The translations under genes and the position numbers were made by a program. The notes beneath the pieces were generated by a model, which saw only the letters and a program-made list of their open reading frames with translations, was not told where the DNA came from and did no database searches. From positions 34,844,001 to 34,908,000 of the forward strand of contig JANJGN010000026.1 of NCBI GenBank assembly GCA_026770705.1: a stretch of 64,000 nucleotides of DNA, in the 5' to 3' direction. The stretch comes from Isurus oxyrinchus. Its lineage: Eukaryota. Positions 50,970 to 63,569 of this stretch are shown one piece after another. Position 1 is the first letter of the stretch. Each line of letters opens with the position of its first letter.

Positions 50970-51354
50970 CAGGGGGAGGCAAAGAGTTGAGGAAACTGTA
51001 CCAGAACTACTCGACATGGGGACTGGGGACACAGTCAGGACATGGGCTTTAAAAACGAGATCGATAAAATTCAATTCTGCAAAGAAAAAGCAGCTCATCA
51101 TCCGAGTGATTTAATGGAATGAAAATATTTTTATTTGTAATAACATAATATTCAGATTATCTCTTTGTACAAAATAAATCTCACATGGAAAGGATCTTTC
51201 CTCTTGTAGGCGAATCTAGAACTTGGGGTCACTTAAAATACTGACAGAGATTAAGACAGAGATGAGAAGATTTTTATCTGTCAAAAAAGTAGTGAGTCTT
51301 TGGAACTCCCTTCCTCAAAGGGCAGGTGTAGCAGTGGCTTTGATTGCTTTCAAG

Positions 51355-54300
51355 GCAGAGGTAGATCAGTTTTTGATAAACAAGGGAGTGGAAGGTAGCC
51401 GGGGTTAGGTGGGAGGTTACAGTCAGATCAGCCTTCACCTTATTTAATAGCGGAGTAGGCTCTAAGGGCAAATTACTCCTGCTCCTATTTCCTATGTTTG
51501 CAGATGCTTGCCATCCTGAAATTTGATTGATTTTCTACTTTGATAATTAAGGTGCTCGCAAGCCTTATATTCTTCCACAATGAACAATCACAACCTCATC
51601 AGTTGCGGATTTAAGAATTCATGAACCAGAATTTCATCTACTTATGCAAATGAACATGTACTTTCTTAATGACGTCGGCAAGTCAGAAAACGGAGGTAAA
51701 TAATCTCGGGCTGAATATTAAATAGTAAAAGTAGCAGAAGCAAAAGAATGGAAAGAGAGAAGTAATAATAAAATCAGAGCCATAAAAACCATAATAACGT
51801 GGCAGAATAATCATGCAGCAATATTCGAGAATAAATTGAGAGTCGTTGTTTTACAGGCAAGATTCCACGAGTTGGCACTCCAAGATCTTATCTTTGGAGA
51901 AAACTTAGCAAGCCGTCAGTTCACTACTCTGACAGGTGACAGCTGGGGATTACAGGAAATATTTAGGTGCCGTGACATGTTACTGTAAACAATAGTGCAT
52001 ATAGGGCAAGAATCAATAGATTAAGTCCCGACTTAGAGTTGGAGCCATATAAGTCATTATATTTCATGGTCCAATTTCACTGCACAGTCTGAAATAAAAT
52101 GTTACCAAAATGAGAGACAGAGAGAGAGGCAGGCAGAGAGATACAGAGAGAGAGAGAGAGAGAGAAAGAGATAGACCGAGAGAGAGAGATCAGTCCACCT
52201 TTCCGTGACCGAATATTTTGGTCACTATTGGCCACAGCTTCAAAGTATCTGGAAAATACTTGGACACTCAAATCCCTTCAATCCACTACAAAGGTCAGAG
52301 AGTTAAACATTCCCACTGCCCTCTGTGTAAACAATATTACTAACATCACAACAGCGACTAGACTGGAAAGGTACTTCCTTAGGTTGGAAAGTGCTTACTG
52401 ACACCCTGAGTCTGTGAAAGGCGATTTCTCTTTTCGAGTGATGTTTGATTCCAGGTGTAAAAATTTAATGCCCCCATGTTTCTATGGTGTCCAGTAAAGT
52501 TTAATTTTCCGAATTCCCTTCTCTTTAATTCAATCCTTTTCCCTGGATTGTGTTGATGAAGGGTCAAGACGTCCTGGGATTATCAGGATTCTGTCTCCGG
52601 TATTTTCACAGATTCTGTCCACTCGACGGGACATTGTTAATGTGTCGGAAACGACAATCTGGGAATTTACTAAGGAACCCCTGACGGAAACTGCCTTCCT
52701 GTTCAGAGACCCCCAGTGATCGAGGCGCCTAGAGGCCACTGCGACCCGTATGTCAACCAACAACCTGATCACCACTATGAAAGTCTTATACTCATGTACC
52801 TGATCGTGTATATATAAATTATGCATTCACTTTCAGGAAGCTGCGCATGCATAACAACACAAAGGCCATTCTGCAAACACTACATCTCAGCCGCAGATTC
52901 AGATATTCGCCCTATCGCCTCTGAACAAGACGTTTCAGGCTTCCGTCCATTTCTCGAGGCAGAGTCTATACTGATACTTCAGTTCAGTCCTCAGGGAATG
53001 GTACACCATTAGAGGGGCCGGCTTTCGGATGAAATGTTAAATCGAGGACACCGTCTATCCTTTCAGGTGGACATAATTGATCACATGAGCGCTATTTTGG
53101 AGGAAGAAAGGGAAATTGGCCCGGACAATATTTCTCCAACAATCACCGTAACCGAAATGGTTGTAGTTGTTGAATGTCAGCCATCTCAGCTCCAGGACAA
53201 GCAGTGGTAGATCGATTTTTGATAAGCAAGAGAGTGGAAGGTAACAGGGGATAGCTGGGACGTTACAGTCAGATCAGCCATGAACTTATTGAATGGCGGA
53301 GCAGGCCTGAAGGGCCGACAGGCCTACTCCTTCTCCTATTTCCCATGTTCGTATATATTTGGCATCCTGAATTTTGGATGATACGGGTACTCTCAAGCCT
53401 TACTTTCTTCCGAACTGAACAATCATAACCTCATCAGTTGCGGATTTAAGAATTCATGAACAAGAAATTCATCTATGCAAGTGAACACGGACTGTCTTAA
53501 TGACGTAGGCACGTCGGAAAATTGAGGTAATTAATCGAGGACTGAAAATTAAATAGTAAAAGTAGCAGAAGCAAAAGAATGGAAAGGCAGAAGCTACAGT
53601 GATAATACAACTAAAGCCATAAAAAAATAATGTGGCAGAATAATCATGCAGCAATTTTCGAGAATAAATTAAGAGCCGTTCTTTTACAGACAGATTTCCA
53701 CTAGATGGCGCTCCGTAACCTTATTTTCGGAGAAAACTTACCAAGCGCTCAGTTCACCGCTCTGACAGGTGACAGCTGGGGATTATAGGAAACGTTTTGG
53801 CGTCGTGACACGTTACTGTAAACAATAGTGTAAATAGGGCAAGAATCAATAAATTAGTTACACAAGATACTGAGAGATGGAGCCCTATAAATCATTGTAT
53901 TTCATGGTCCAAATTCACTGCGTAGTCCGAAGNNNNNNNNNNNNNNNNNNNNNNNNNNNNNNNNNNNNNNNNNNNNNNNNNNNNNNNNNNNNNNNNNNNN
54001 NNNNNNNNNNNNNNNNNNNNNNNNNNNNNNNNNNNNNNNNNNNNNNNNNNNNNNNNNNNNNNNNNNNNNNNNNNNNNNNNNNCTGACCGAATATTTTGGT
54101 TACTATTGGCCACAGCTTCAAAGTATCCGGAAAACACCTGGACACTCAAATCCCTTCACTCCACTACAAGGGCCAGAGTGACTTTCTGGCAGAGAATTAA
54201 ACATTACCACTGCCGTCTGTGTGAACAAAATTTCTCACATCACAGCAGCGACTACACTGAAAAGGTACCTCATTGGGTTGGAAAGTGCTTACCGACACCA

Positions 54301-55062
54301 TGACTCCATGAAAGGCGATTTCTCTTTCTGAGTGATCTTTGATTCCAGGGGTAAAATTTAATGGCCACCTGCTAACAGGGGGACCAGTAAAGTTTATTTA
54401 TTTACATTTCCTTCTCTTTATTTCGATCTTTTTTCCTAACTTGTGTTATTGAGGGATCACCACGTCATGGGATTACCAGGATACTGTTTCCTTTCTGTTC
54501 ACAGACTCTCCGCTCAACGGGACATCCTACTCTGTCGGAAGCAACAGTCTGGCAATTTACTGAGGAGCCCCTGATGGAAACTGGCTTCCTGTTCTCGGAA
54601 GGCCAGTGATTGAGGCACCGAGAGGCGACTGCACCCCGTATGGAAGATTTGTACTCATTTACCTGACCGTGTATATATAAACTATATATTCATTTGCAGG
54701 AAGGTGCAATTGCATAACAATACAAAGGCCATTCTGCAAACACTAATGTCAGCCGGGGCTCAGTTATTCACCCTATCGCCTCGAAACAAGGCGTTTCAGG
54801 ATCCTGTCCCTCTCCGGAAACTTGACCCCCAGGATCTATGCCGATATTTCAGTCCTCTGGGAAATAGGCATCGCCAGAGAGACTGGCTTTCAGATGAGAT
54901 GTTAAATCGAGGGCACCGCCTAACCTCCCAGGTGGACATGATAGATCACATGAGCATTATTTTGAAGAAGAGAATGGGAATTGTCCTGAACAATATTTCT
55001 CCACCAATGATCGTCACTGGATCTATTGTGGTTGTTGAAGGTCAATCACCTCAGCTCCAGGA
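51355..55062. repeat. Tandem duplication of a ~1.85-kb unit (~51355-53199 and ~53201-55062)
   Basis: Collinear similarity from GCAGAGGTAGATC / GCAGTGGTAGATC through CTCAGCTCCAGGA in both copies. Confidence 0.85.
53933..54082. other. Assembly gap (matches the position of the (GA)n tract in copy 1 at ~52.1 kb)
   Basis: Run of N. Confidence 1.
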
Positions 55063-55612
55063 TATCACTGCAGGAGTTCCTCAGAATAATGTCCTCGGCC
55101 CAACCACCTTCAGCTGCTTCATATCCACCTTCCTTCCATCATAAGGTCAGAAGTGGGGATATTTTGTGGATAATTGCACAATGTTCAACACATTTCGCGA
55201 CTCCTCAGATACTAAAGCAGTTCATGCCCATATGCAGCAAGATCTGGACAACATCAGGCTTGAGCTGACAAGGGGCAGATAGCATTCAAGCCGCACAAGT
55301 GCCAGGCAATGAACATCTCCAACAAAACAGAATCTAACCATCGTCCCTTGACATTCAATGGCATTACCATCACTGAATCCCAAACTGTCACCACACTGGG
55401 GGTTATCATTGACAAGAAACTGAACTGGCCTAGGCATATAAATACTGTGGCTACAAGATCAGTTTGGAGGTTAGGAATCCTGTGGCGAGCAACTCACCTC
55501 CTCACTTCCCAAAGCCTGTCCACCGTCTACAAGGCACAAGTCAGGGGTTTGATGGAATATTCTCTACTTTCCCGGATGAGTGCAGTTCTCACGGCACTCA
55601 AGAAGCTTGACA
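55025..55612 (+). mobile_element. Non-LTR retrotransposon RT fragment
   Basis: ITAGVPQNNVLGPTTFSCFI and LGVIIDKKLNW...YKAQVRGLMEYS. Confidence 0.8.
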
Positions 55613-58066
55613 CACACCGACGTCCACGAGACCGCCCCCACACCTCGCCTGCACCAAAGTGGGTCCGCCCCGCACTTTATCCTGAATGTTTAAAACATGA
55701 ACAATATTCCAGTGAGAATGCATGAAATTCCCTCCTTCCAGCGCCGCCTCCACCATCACCGTCGTACATCGGCTCAGTACCTGTTTGGCCTCAATGGTTA
55801 AAAACCTGAGATATTTCCCTGTGAAGATCAACGAATGAGGCCCCCATGCCGTCTTCTCTCACTAGTTAAAGATTTCAATCATTGAGCTGTGACAGGCGAA
55901 TAGCACCTGGTCTATGGAGTAGCTCTGTGTCTGTCTGCATGCTTTGAGACACGTACAGAATGAGGAACATGAAACTGAGACTAGGAACGATGGGTGATGC
56001 AGAGAGAGTTTGAATAAAATGAGACCCAGTACGGTGCATGTGCAGAGAAACAGCAACAGAGGGACATAGGTGAAGGTGAGATTGAACACATTGAGTGGTA
56101 AAGAGACACATCAACAGAGAGAGATGCAAAATGCTGAGGTGAGGACAGTTAGTGATATAAAGAGCGAACAGCAGAATGATATCGATGTGGAGATGTGTTG
56201 ATAAATATAAATGCACAGAAAGTAATTGGTTGATAATTACTGTTCTCCCACATGACCCTTGGTGCCATGAACTGCGGTAAAGCGATCATCACAGCTCTGT
56301 GTAATAATAATAGATGAAAGAGACAAACACTGACTGAAGTTCTAGGGCACACGCACAATCTGTAGTGACACCAGGAAACATGAGAATTCGTGAAACCTGC
56401 TGGTTTTAATAAGGAAAATAGGAATGACGCTGGAGGAAACAATGGGAAACAAAGGCAAAAAATAACAAACAGCAACGTAGGTGGAGGTTTATTATTCCAT
56501 ATATTATACTGTTTCAGGCCGTGGCAGAGCAGAGCTCAGCTCTTTAATAGAACCTGACTTGTGAGTGTAACAGCCCATAGCATGAGCGAAACTAGCCAGG
56601 GTTTCCTGTCCACTCTGCGCTCATTCTGCCTCTGAGGTTTGCCAGAAAAGGACAAAGGTAAAGGGCTCTTTATTCTGATGTGACAATGAATGACGCAATG
56701 GCTCCTTCACTGAGGGGCCTTGAGTTCAAACACAAACGACCCAGGACTGCCAAAGAAACCCTGTCAGGGAAAGGGGAAAAATCATGTTATTGGGAAAATG
56801 CAGCGGTGTGGAGGAGCCTTGGAGAAAATCATTCATCAAAGTCCAAATTAATTCATCATCATTCAACATTTGTTCGCAATTTCACAAAGAATATTTTAGA
56901 GTATTTTTCTAATAATTGACAGAAAGTGTTTATAACAACTGGACATCACCTTGAGAAAAAAAGTACACGGGAACAGAGAAAAGTGGGGTTTAGTGTAGAG
57001 AGAAGAGAACAATTGAGTGCAAAACAAGGAACACTTTAATGCTAGACATCTGGAATATTCAAACAACTGTGAAAATCTAAGATATATTTCTATTACAGCC
57101 AGAATCACCTCACACACTTCAAATCGCATTTATCTGTTTCCTCTGTTAACTGAAGACATTTTACTTTGAGAATTGTCAAGAGGACATATTTTATATTCAT
57201 ACCATAGTGATCTTAATAAACGGATGTGGAAAATCCACGGCGTTGGCCATTCAACGGGTCATATGATAAAGGGCTGAACCAAAGTTTTATGACGTGAGGA
57301 ATTTATCTAGGCCTTACTGTCCACGAGACGTTTGTCGATGTTTCCAACCGCTTCAGCCAGATTTAAATGTGAATGGATTGAAATCTTCTCACTTTCACCA
57401 GAGTGACGGCAGCGCTGTGGAAAATAGTGAAGAGGAACGGGATGATAAATTTAGAAACGGTTATTCAGGTGTTGTTGCTCTCTTCTTCGTTGTCTTCAAT
57501 CCAGATGTAGTCTGAGAAATCTACGAGAGTGTAGAGGAGAAAAGCTAGTCAGATGGGTTAATAACCCGGGCACAATATTAGTGTAGATTCTCTTTTCTCC
57601 TCCTGAAGGTACATGTTTCCTCTCCACTTTACTTTTCAATGTGCATCATGTGGTATGTTAATCACTCTGAACAATTTCTCTGTTTCTATCTCCACTGCTG
57701 CTCTTCCTGAATGATCCTCTAAGTCACACTGAAATATTGAATTCTGATACTAATCACTGGCAAGGCGCGTGAGTGAAAGGTTTGGGAGATTGTGAAATAG
57801 ATACTAAACTGTGGAGGAAAGATGCGCTCCGAGATGGGTGCTGCCAGTTTCGGATCTGGGTTTAATATACGACTAGAAGGATGAAAATATTTAGAATAAT
57901 CTGTTATTTCCTGTCGAATTCTAAACCAGACACTATGAATTCACCCATGTTCCTTCCTGATGAAACTGGCCTTACTGCCTGGTGAATCTATGTTTAATTA
58001 GTCAGTGTGTTATCCAGGCGTTGTATTGACCCTCTGAGTTTGAAGCATTCTGGATTTGTGCTGCAG

Positions 58067-58358
58067 CAACAATTAGCGATGATCCAGTGTTCCAGGATCC
58101 TTCTGAGTTAACGCTTCGGGAAAGGCAGACTTTAGGTACTCGACAAACTAACTTGACCCCACTCTGTTCCGGTATATTCAGTGTCCCGGGGAAGTTCTAA
58201 GATATTACTGAAGATATATAACTTGGGGAATGAAGCGAGGTCTCCAAACTTACCAAACAGGTTATTTGCTGATTTCCACAATGGAAACAAAACGTTTCCT
58301 CTAACGATCACAAGGGTGATTCTCGCCGAGAGCGCGGTGTATTTCTATGCTATGAACC
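58067..58358 (+). pseudogene. TCR V pseudogene
   Basis: ISDDPVFQDPSELTLRE..., PTLFRYIQCPG, NRLFADFHNGNKTFPLTITRVILAESAVYFYAMN; RSS GACATTG-24-GCTGAAACC 58359-58398. Confidence 0.82.
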
Positions 58359-59363
58359 GACATTGTTGCAGAGATATAGCGGATCCCGTGCTGAAACCCT
58401 CACTGGGAGTTCAACTGTGATCTCGCACCGATAAAGAGAAACAATAATTCAATCACCGCAAAAAGAGTCAAAGGGACATTCCTGAAAGATCATAACAAAA
58501 CACAACACTCAACAAGAAGAGGTCAGGAACACTTGCAGAATTATATTAGATTATTTAAATTCGCTTTTGTATTATAACTGACCCTCATAGGTTTATTTAC
58601 TTTAATTTACACAATGTATTTTACTGCAGTTTCAGTGCCTGTCTGTAATATTGAACAACCATTTTTTAATCTCCCTTGTCAGTTTCCTGGAGCCTTTTTG
58701 CTAGAGCTGTTCACAGGGTTTATTTGATCAGAGTGTGTTGCTGGGTCAGAAAATGTTTATGCACAATGATCAGATTTCACAAGGGTGCGTTCTTTAAAAC
58801 AAACCCCAAGTACAGATTGAGCTTCAGAATGTTTCCTTAATGCTGGAATGTTTTCTGTCACCAATAACAATGCCGAGTTTGCTTGTGACAATGAACAGAC
58901 CGGGATTTCATTCCCCCAACCTCCGTCTCTACAAGTGCAGCCATTCCCCTATCAGGGAACTGACTGCAGTCCAGCTCGGGGTACTTCCCTTCAGTGTCAG
59001 ACAGCTCACCACCGACGGACCCCCAGGCCAACGGAGACAGAAGGAAGTGAAGTGAGAGCATCTTGAGACGCGACAGCAAATTATTGAGGGTGGGGATTAG
59101 AATGGATGTCTTCAAATCAGATTCTGTGATAGCTCTCTCGGTCGGTTAGAGTTCTGCAGTTTATCCTGTCGGTCGCTCCTGGAAACGGTTAGTAACAGTT
59201 TGATCCGAGGTCAATGTAGTTTTCTCTCGGTTTGTGTTTGAGAGGCCGACAAGCTGACACTGCATCTGCCCGAGATTCTCTACAAACCCCAACAGACAGG
59301 AGCCCTTATTCACAGTGCCAAGGCAGTTTTTGCACAGGGGTGAGACAGCTTTCCATCACTGTG

Positions 59364-59830
59364 AGTCTGAGAGCGCAGTAATACACGGCAGCGTCAGTCA
59401 GCTACAGATCAGAGATGGTTAAACTGGTGAATTTATTCGAGGTCTGGAGCTCTGCAGAGAAACGGCTTTTAGCAAAATCTGCTTTATCTTCACCACTACT
59501 CGAGTGTTTCCACAATATAAACTCAGGCTGTGAATTTGGGTGGTGCCGGCACCAGAACAAATAATAGTTGCTCATTGTCGTCTCATAGGTACAGTTTAAA
59601 GTCACCGCTTCTCCTTCTGCCTTTCCCTCTGAGGACAGCGGCTGAATGACATAATCTCCATGACTCAGATCTGTACAACATGCTCAAACAGAAAATGGTC
59701 GGACCGAGATCATTTTAAAATTCACGTTTACGGCATTTTTTGACAAATAGGGGAAAATAGTAAATGTGTCTGGCTCATATTTACCTGTCAGAAATGCTTC
59801 CCACACAACCCAGATGCTGAGGAGCCGCAT
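59364..59830 (-). pseudogene. TCR V pseudogene (single stop), paralog of the 33.5-kb V
   Basis: Leader MRLLSIWVVWEAFLT 59830-59785 with intact GT; exon 59670-59364; TAG at 59404-02 (ISDL*LTDAAVYYCALR); RSS CACAGTG-23-GCAAAAACT (59363-59325). Confidence 0.92.
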
Positions 59831-61322
59831 TGTCGCTGTCCGTTCTGTAAAACGGGGAGTTGGATATCTGAAGATACCCGTTCTAAACCCCACCCTGAAC
59901 AATCTGCTGTCGCGTCTCGTGATGTTCTCACCTCACTCCCTTCTGTCCCCAGCGGTGATGTGAGGACGTCAGCTGTGAGCTGGCTCCCAATGAGTTGAAA
60001 AATCCCGAGCTGGGGTACAGTCAGTGTTCTAATAGGTGAAATGGTTTCGCAGTTAGACTAAAACCCTTATTTAGTTGTTGTAACCGGAGGCATGGGTTTG
60101 CTGATTTAGTTTGTTTATTCTGGCGTCAATTCTTCAGCTGAAGTTCTAGTAGCCTTAACAACAGGATACAGGAAACAGTGACTCCAGTGAGATTTCCCTC
60201 CTCAATCAGTGAAGTAGTGAACTAACAATAATTTCGCCATTTTGCCAGAGTGTTTTTTGGATCCGTCATATTGAAAGGATGATATTTGCTGACACTGAAC
60301 ATACCCTGAGTAAAAATTAATAATAAACTCGCGTGTAATTTAATCAGCGTTGCCAGCACTGACTTTTTCTGTGATTTGCATTTAAATTTCTGTTTCAATT
60401 TGTTCTGTGAATTCTGACATTCTTCGTGTTTGTGATAATTAAGCTAACCATCCATTAGATACAGGTTTGGAATTTGTGATGAGAGAGAATTTGGGGTCCG
60501 GCGCTTTTTAAGCAACTTGTCTCCTATCGCTTTAAAGTGGTCGGGAACAGAGAGCGAGAGCGGGTTCAAAGCTTCCAGGATGAGCTGCAGAGCGGGTTTT
60601 TATTAACAAGAATTGAGTACCAGCAGGACTGTTTTAATAACCTTAGCTGGGGTTAGAAAATGGCTGTGGAGCAGAAAAAGAAATAAACCAGAGACATTTT
60701 TAGTTTGTCTTTCGCTCCTTTAATATCCATTTTCACCACCGATGCAGTTAGAATTACTGCGACCTCACGCCCTCTAGTGAATATTCTGAGAAATGTTCAG
60801 ACGCCGCTGGTCAGATTGTGAGAGATTCTTTACTTAATCACTGATTTGATGTGACAGTTCATATTTGTAGGATGTTCAGTTTCAGCGGTCCTGACTTAAT
60901 ATTCTGAGCAAAAAAAACAAACGTTTTATATTACTGAACTAAAGACTGTAAGAAGAAATAAAAAGGGCAATGATTAAATAATAAAGCCAGGCGATGAGAG
61001 GAAACAGACTGGGAAAATATCGGGAAAGGCAGATCTTTAAGATTCCACAGGTGTATGTGTAAATTTAATTTTTATATAAATGTGAGTTGTTGGTATGATT
61101 TTACAAGTGGACGTCCACTGTTCTTGTTGAATGTTGTGTTTCATTGCAATTTTAAACGCCTATGTAAATCTCATTGTGGTGGCTGAATTATTGCTTCCGT
61201 TTTTATTAAATTTATTGAATCATTTCTTTCCGTTTTATTGTTGCCTCAGCACCCTCTAGGGACGCAAGTTGGAGCCGGCGTGGGTTTTTGTCCGTGATCC
61301 TGCATATCTCTGCAGCATTGTG

Positions 61323-61789
61323 GGGCTCCAAGGCACAGAAATACACGGCAGAGAGCAGGGTTTTGCTAATCATTACCTCAGCAGTTCAGATAGTCTTGCT
61401 AAAGCGTTGAAAGAATTGTTGTGTAAAGTCTGGGTTCCGCTTTATTATCCCTCTGCAGAGATAAAACACAAACTGTGGAGTCTGCCTGGGCTGCTGACTG
61501 TACCGGAACACGTAAGGGCTGGGGTGGCTTGTTTTCAAAATGCAGGGCATGGTGACATTCCCTTCCTCTTTGACAGTCATTTCAGTTACATACTGCTCCA
61601 CTGAATCCTGATTGCTCTGTTCCGACACAGATAATGACAATATTTATCGTTACTTCATCATTACAAGCAATTTGCTATAAAGAATATTTGGCATACGGCA
61701 GCCGGGGGGGTGGGGGGAAGAGAATTTTTTTTTTACATATACTTACTGAGATGCGATATAATACTGAGTGGCCTGACATATTTCCACGT
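61323..61789 (-). pseudogene. TCR V pseudogene, paralog of the 35.4-kb V
   Basis: Start ATG->ACG, acceptor AG->GG, frameshift/stop in FR3; RSS CACAATG-24-ACAAAAACC (61322-61283). Confidence 0.88.
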
Positions 61790-62634
61790 TGTCCCCCGAG
61801 TCTGTTATTCTGTTGTCCTGGAATCCTCTGTCAGCTTAGAAACAGAGATTGCCTCCCCACTGCGCTGCTGATCCAACCAATGTCAAACAAGGCAAAGCGG
61901 CGACAAGCTCTCCAATAAAACAGGACAGACAAGGCAGGTCAGAGCGACAACAGCAAATGGAAGCTGTGGGCGTGGCTACCGCAGGCAGTGTTGTCACACG
62001 TAGGATTTATCTACAAGGAACTGAAATGAATAATAATCACACCTTCGAAAATTATACAACTTTGCTTCTCTCTCACAACTCAGTTTATACTTCTTTCCAT
62101 ATTCCGAGCCTCATAGATAGCAACAGAAGTGTCAGAGTTAGTATATAATTCAGTGGTAAGCGAAATCTTCTTCAGCGCTGCGGATTGAAACCAGGACCGA
62201 ATACATGAGCAACCGGATTGGAGTGGTCCTGAATGAATGTAAAAGGAAGTCGATAAACCTTAAACGTTTATATTAAACACGGGAAAAGGAAATGTGTGCA
62301 ATTTTCAGAAAAGTCTGAAGACGAGTGGTCAGGAAAACTCAGGAAGGGAAAGGTGTCGAAAACCAAAAAGGAGAAATTAGGCATGGCAGGCCGATTTGTC
62401 AATCTCATATCTATTAGAAATACAAATTGCAATCACAAACTAATGAGACAGTACAAGTGGACCTCACTAGTTGCTGTTATCAAGTGTTGTGTTTTATTGC
62501 TATTTTCAGAATCTTCATGTCACTCTCACAGTGGAAACTGAATTACCGGTGTGTATGCGCCCTCTGGTGAGCACTGGCTGGAACTGCCAGTGAGGGTTTT
62601 TGTAAGGAACCCGCTATATCACTGCAGCAGTTTG

Positions 62635-63172
62635 GGGTCCATGGTACAGAAGTGCACGGCGGTATCGGGGATCAGTACGTTTGATAAAAATAACAAGATT
62701 ACCGAGCAAACGATTAACGGATCGTTAGCTCGGTAATCTTGTTATTTTTATCAAACGTGGAAGGAAACCAATCATTGAGGTCGGTGTTCGTTTGCACATT
62801 CCGACTAGTAAGACAAAACATGTACATTGGAGGATTCCCGGGGCGCTGACGGTACCAGTACACATTAGGGCTTAAATCACTTGTTTTCAAGGTGCAGGTC
62901 ACTGTGACATTACTTTCTGCTTTTGCCGTTATTTTAGGAACCCGTTGTTCCACAGTGTGTTGGTAGCTCCATTCAAACAGAAATAATAATAACAGACAAT
63001 CAGCGCCAGCCTCCTATTGATCAACATAATCAGCAACACCGCCATCACTATTATTTTAACAACAATAACATCTAGGTTACAGCAGTCAGGAGGAGAATAG
63101 AGTTTTACTGGGAAGGGAATACTTACTGAGAAGAGATATGAAGATCAGGAGAGGAGCGAGATGGTTCCCCAC
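62635..63172 (-). pseudogene. TCR V pseudogene, paralog of the 36.8-kb V, with an internal inverted duplication
   Basis: Start ATG->GTG, acceptor AG->TG; VTVTCTLKTSDLSPNVYWYRQRPGNPPMYMF...; 38-bp fold-back in FR3; broken heptamer CAAACTG-24-ACAAAAACC. Confidence 0.9.
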
Positions 63173-63569
63173 AATACTTCCTGAGTCTGTAACGCTGCAG
63201 TGCAAGAAATCCTCTGTCGGAGCAGAAATACAGACCCCGTCCCAATGCATTGCTGATCCAACCAATGAGAGGAATGGACCAGCGGCAGCAATCCCTCCAA
63301 TAACACAATCAGGTCAGTGCGGCAGCAGCAAACGGAAGCTGTGGGCAGGGATAAGCAGGCTCAATTTTGAGGGAAATGCGCGGTGACTCTCAGCTGCACC
63401 TGGAACTGGTGGAGCGGAAATAGCGACGGTTGGATTTCAGAAGTCTCTGACTACCCTCCGCCTGCTCACGGTCCAAGTGTCTGAGGTTATGACGAGAAGG
63501 AAAAGAGACTTTTAGTAGGTACCAGGGAAGCAAATCAGCAGAGGCATTACTGGAGGACAGACAGTGCAG

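Larger units (their letters stand above)
58450..63490. repeat. Segmental duplicate of ~31830-37580 (three-V block)
   Basis: Collinear homology of intergenic DNA and V genes: 33.5~59.4, 35.4~61.3 and 36.8~62.6 kb. Confidence 0.9.

Noticed and set aside
52612-52750. Possible internally deleted V remnant (acceptor, DSVH..., CCCAGTG)
   Set aside because: No Cys/Trp framework or nonamer is recognisable in either duplicate copy.
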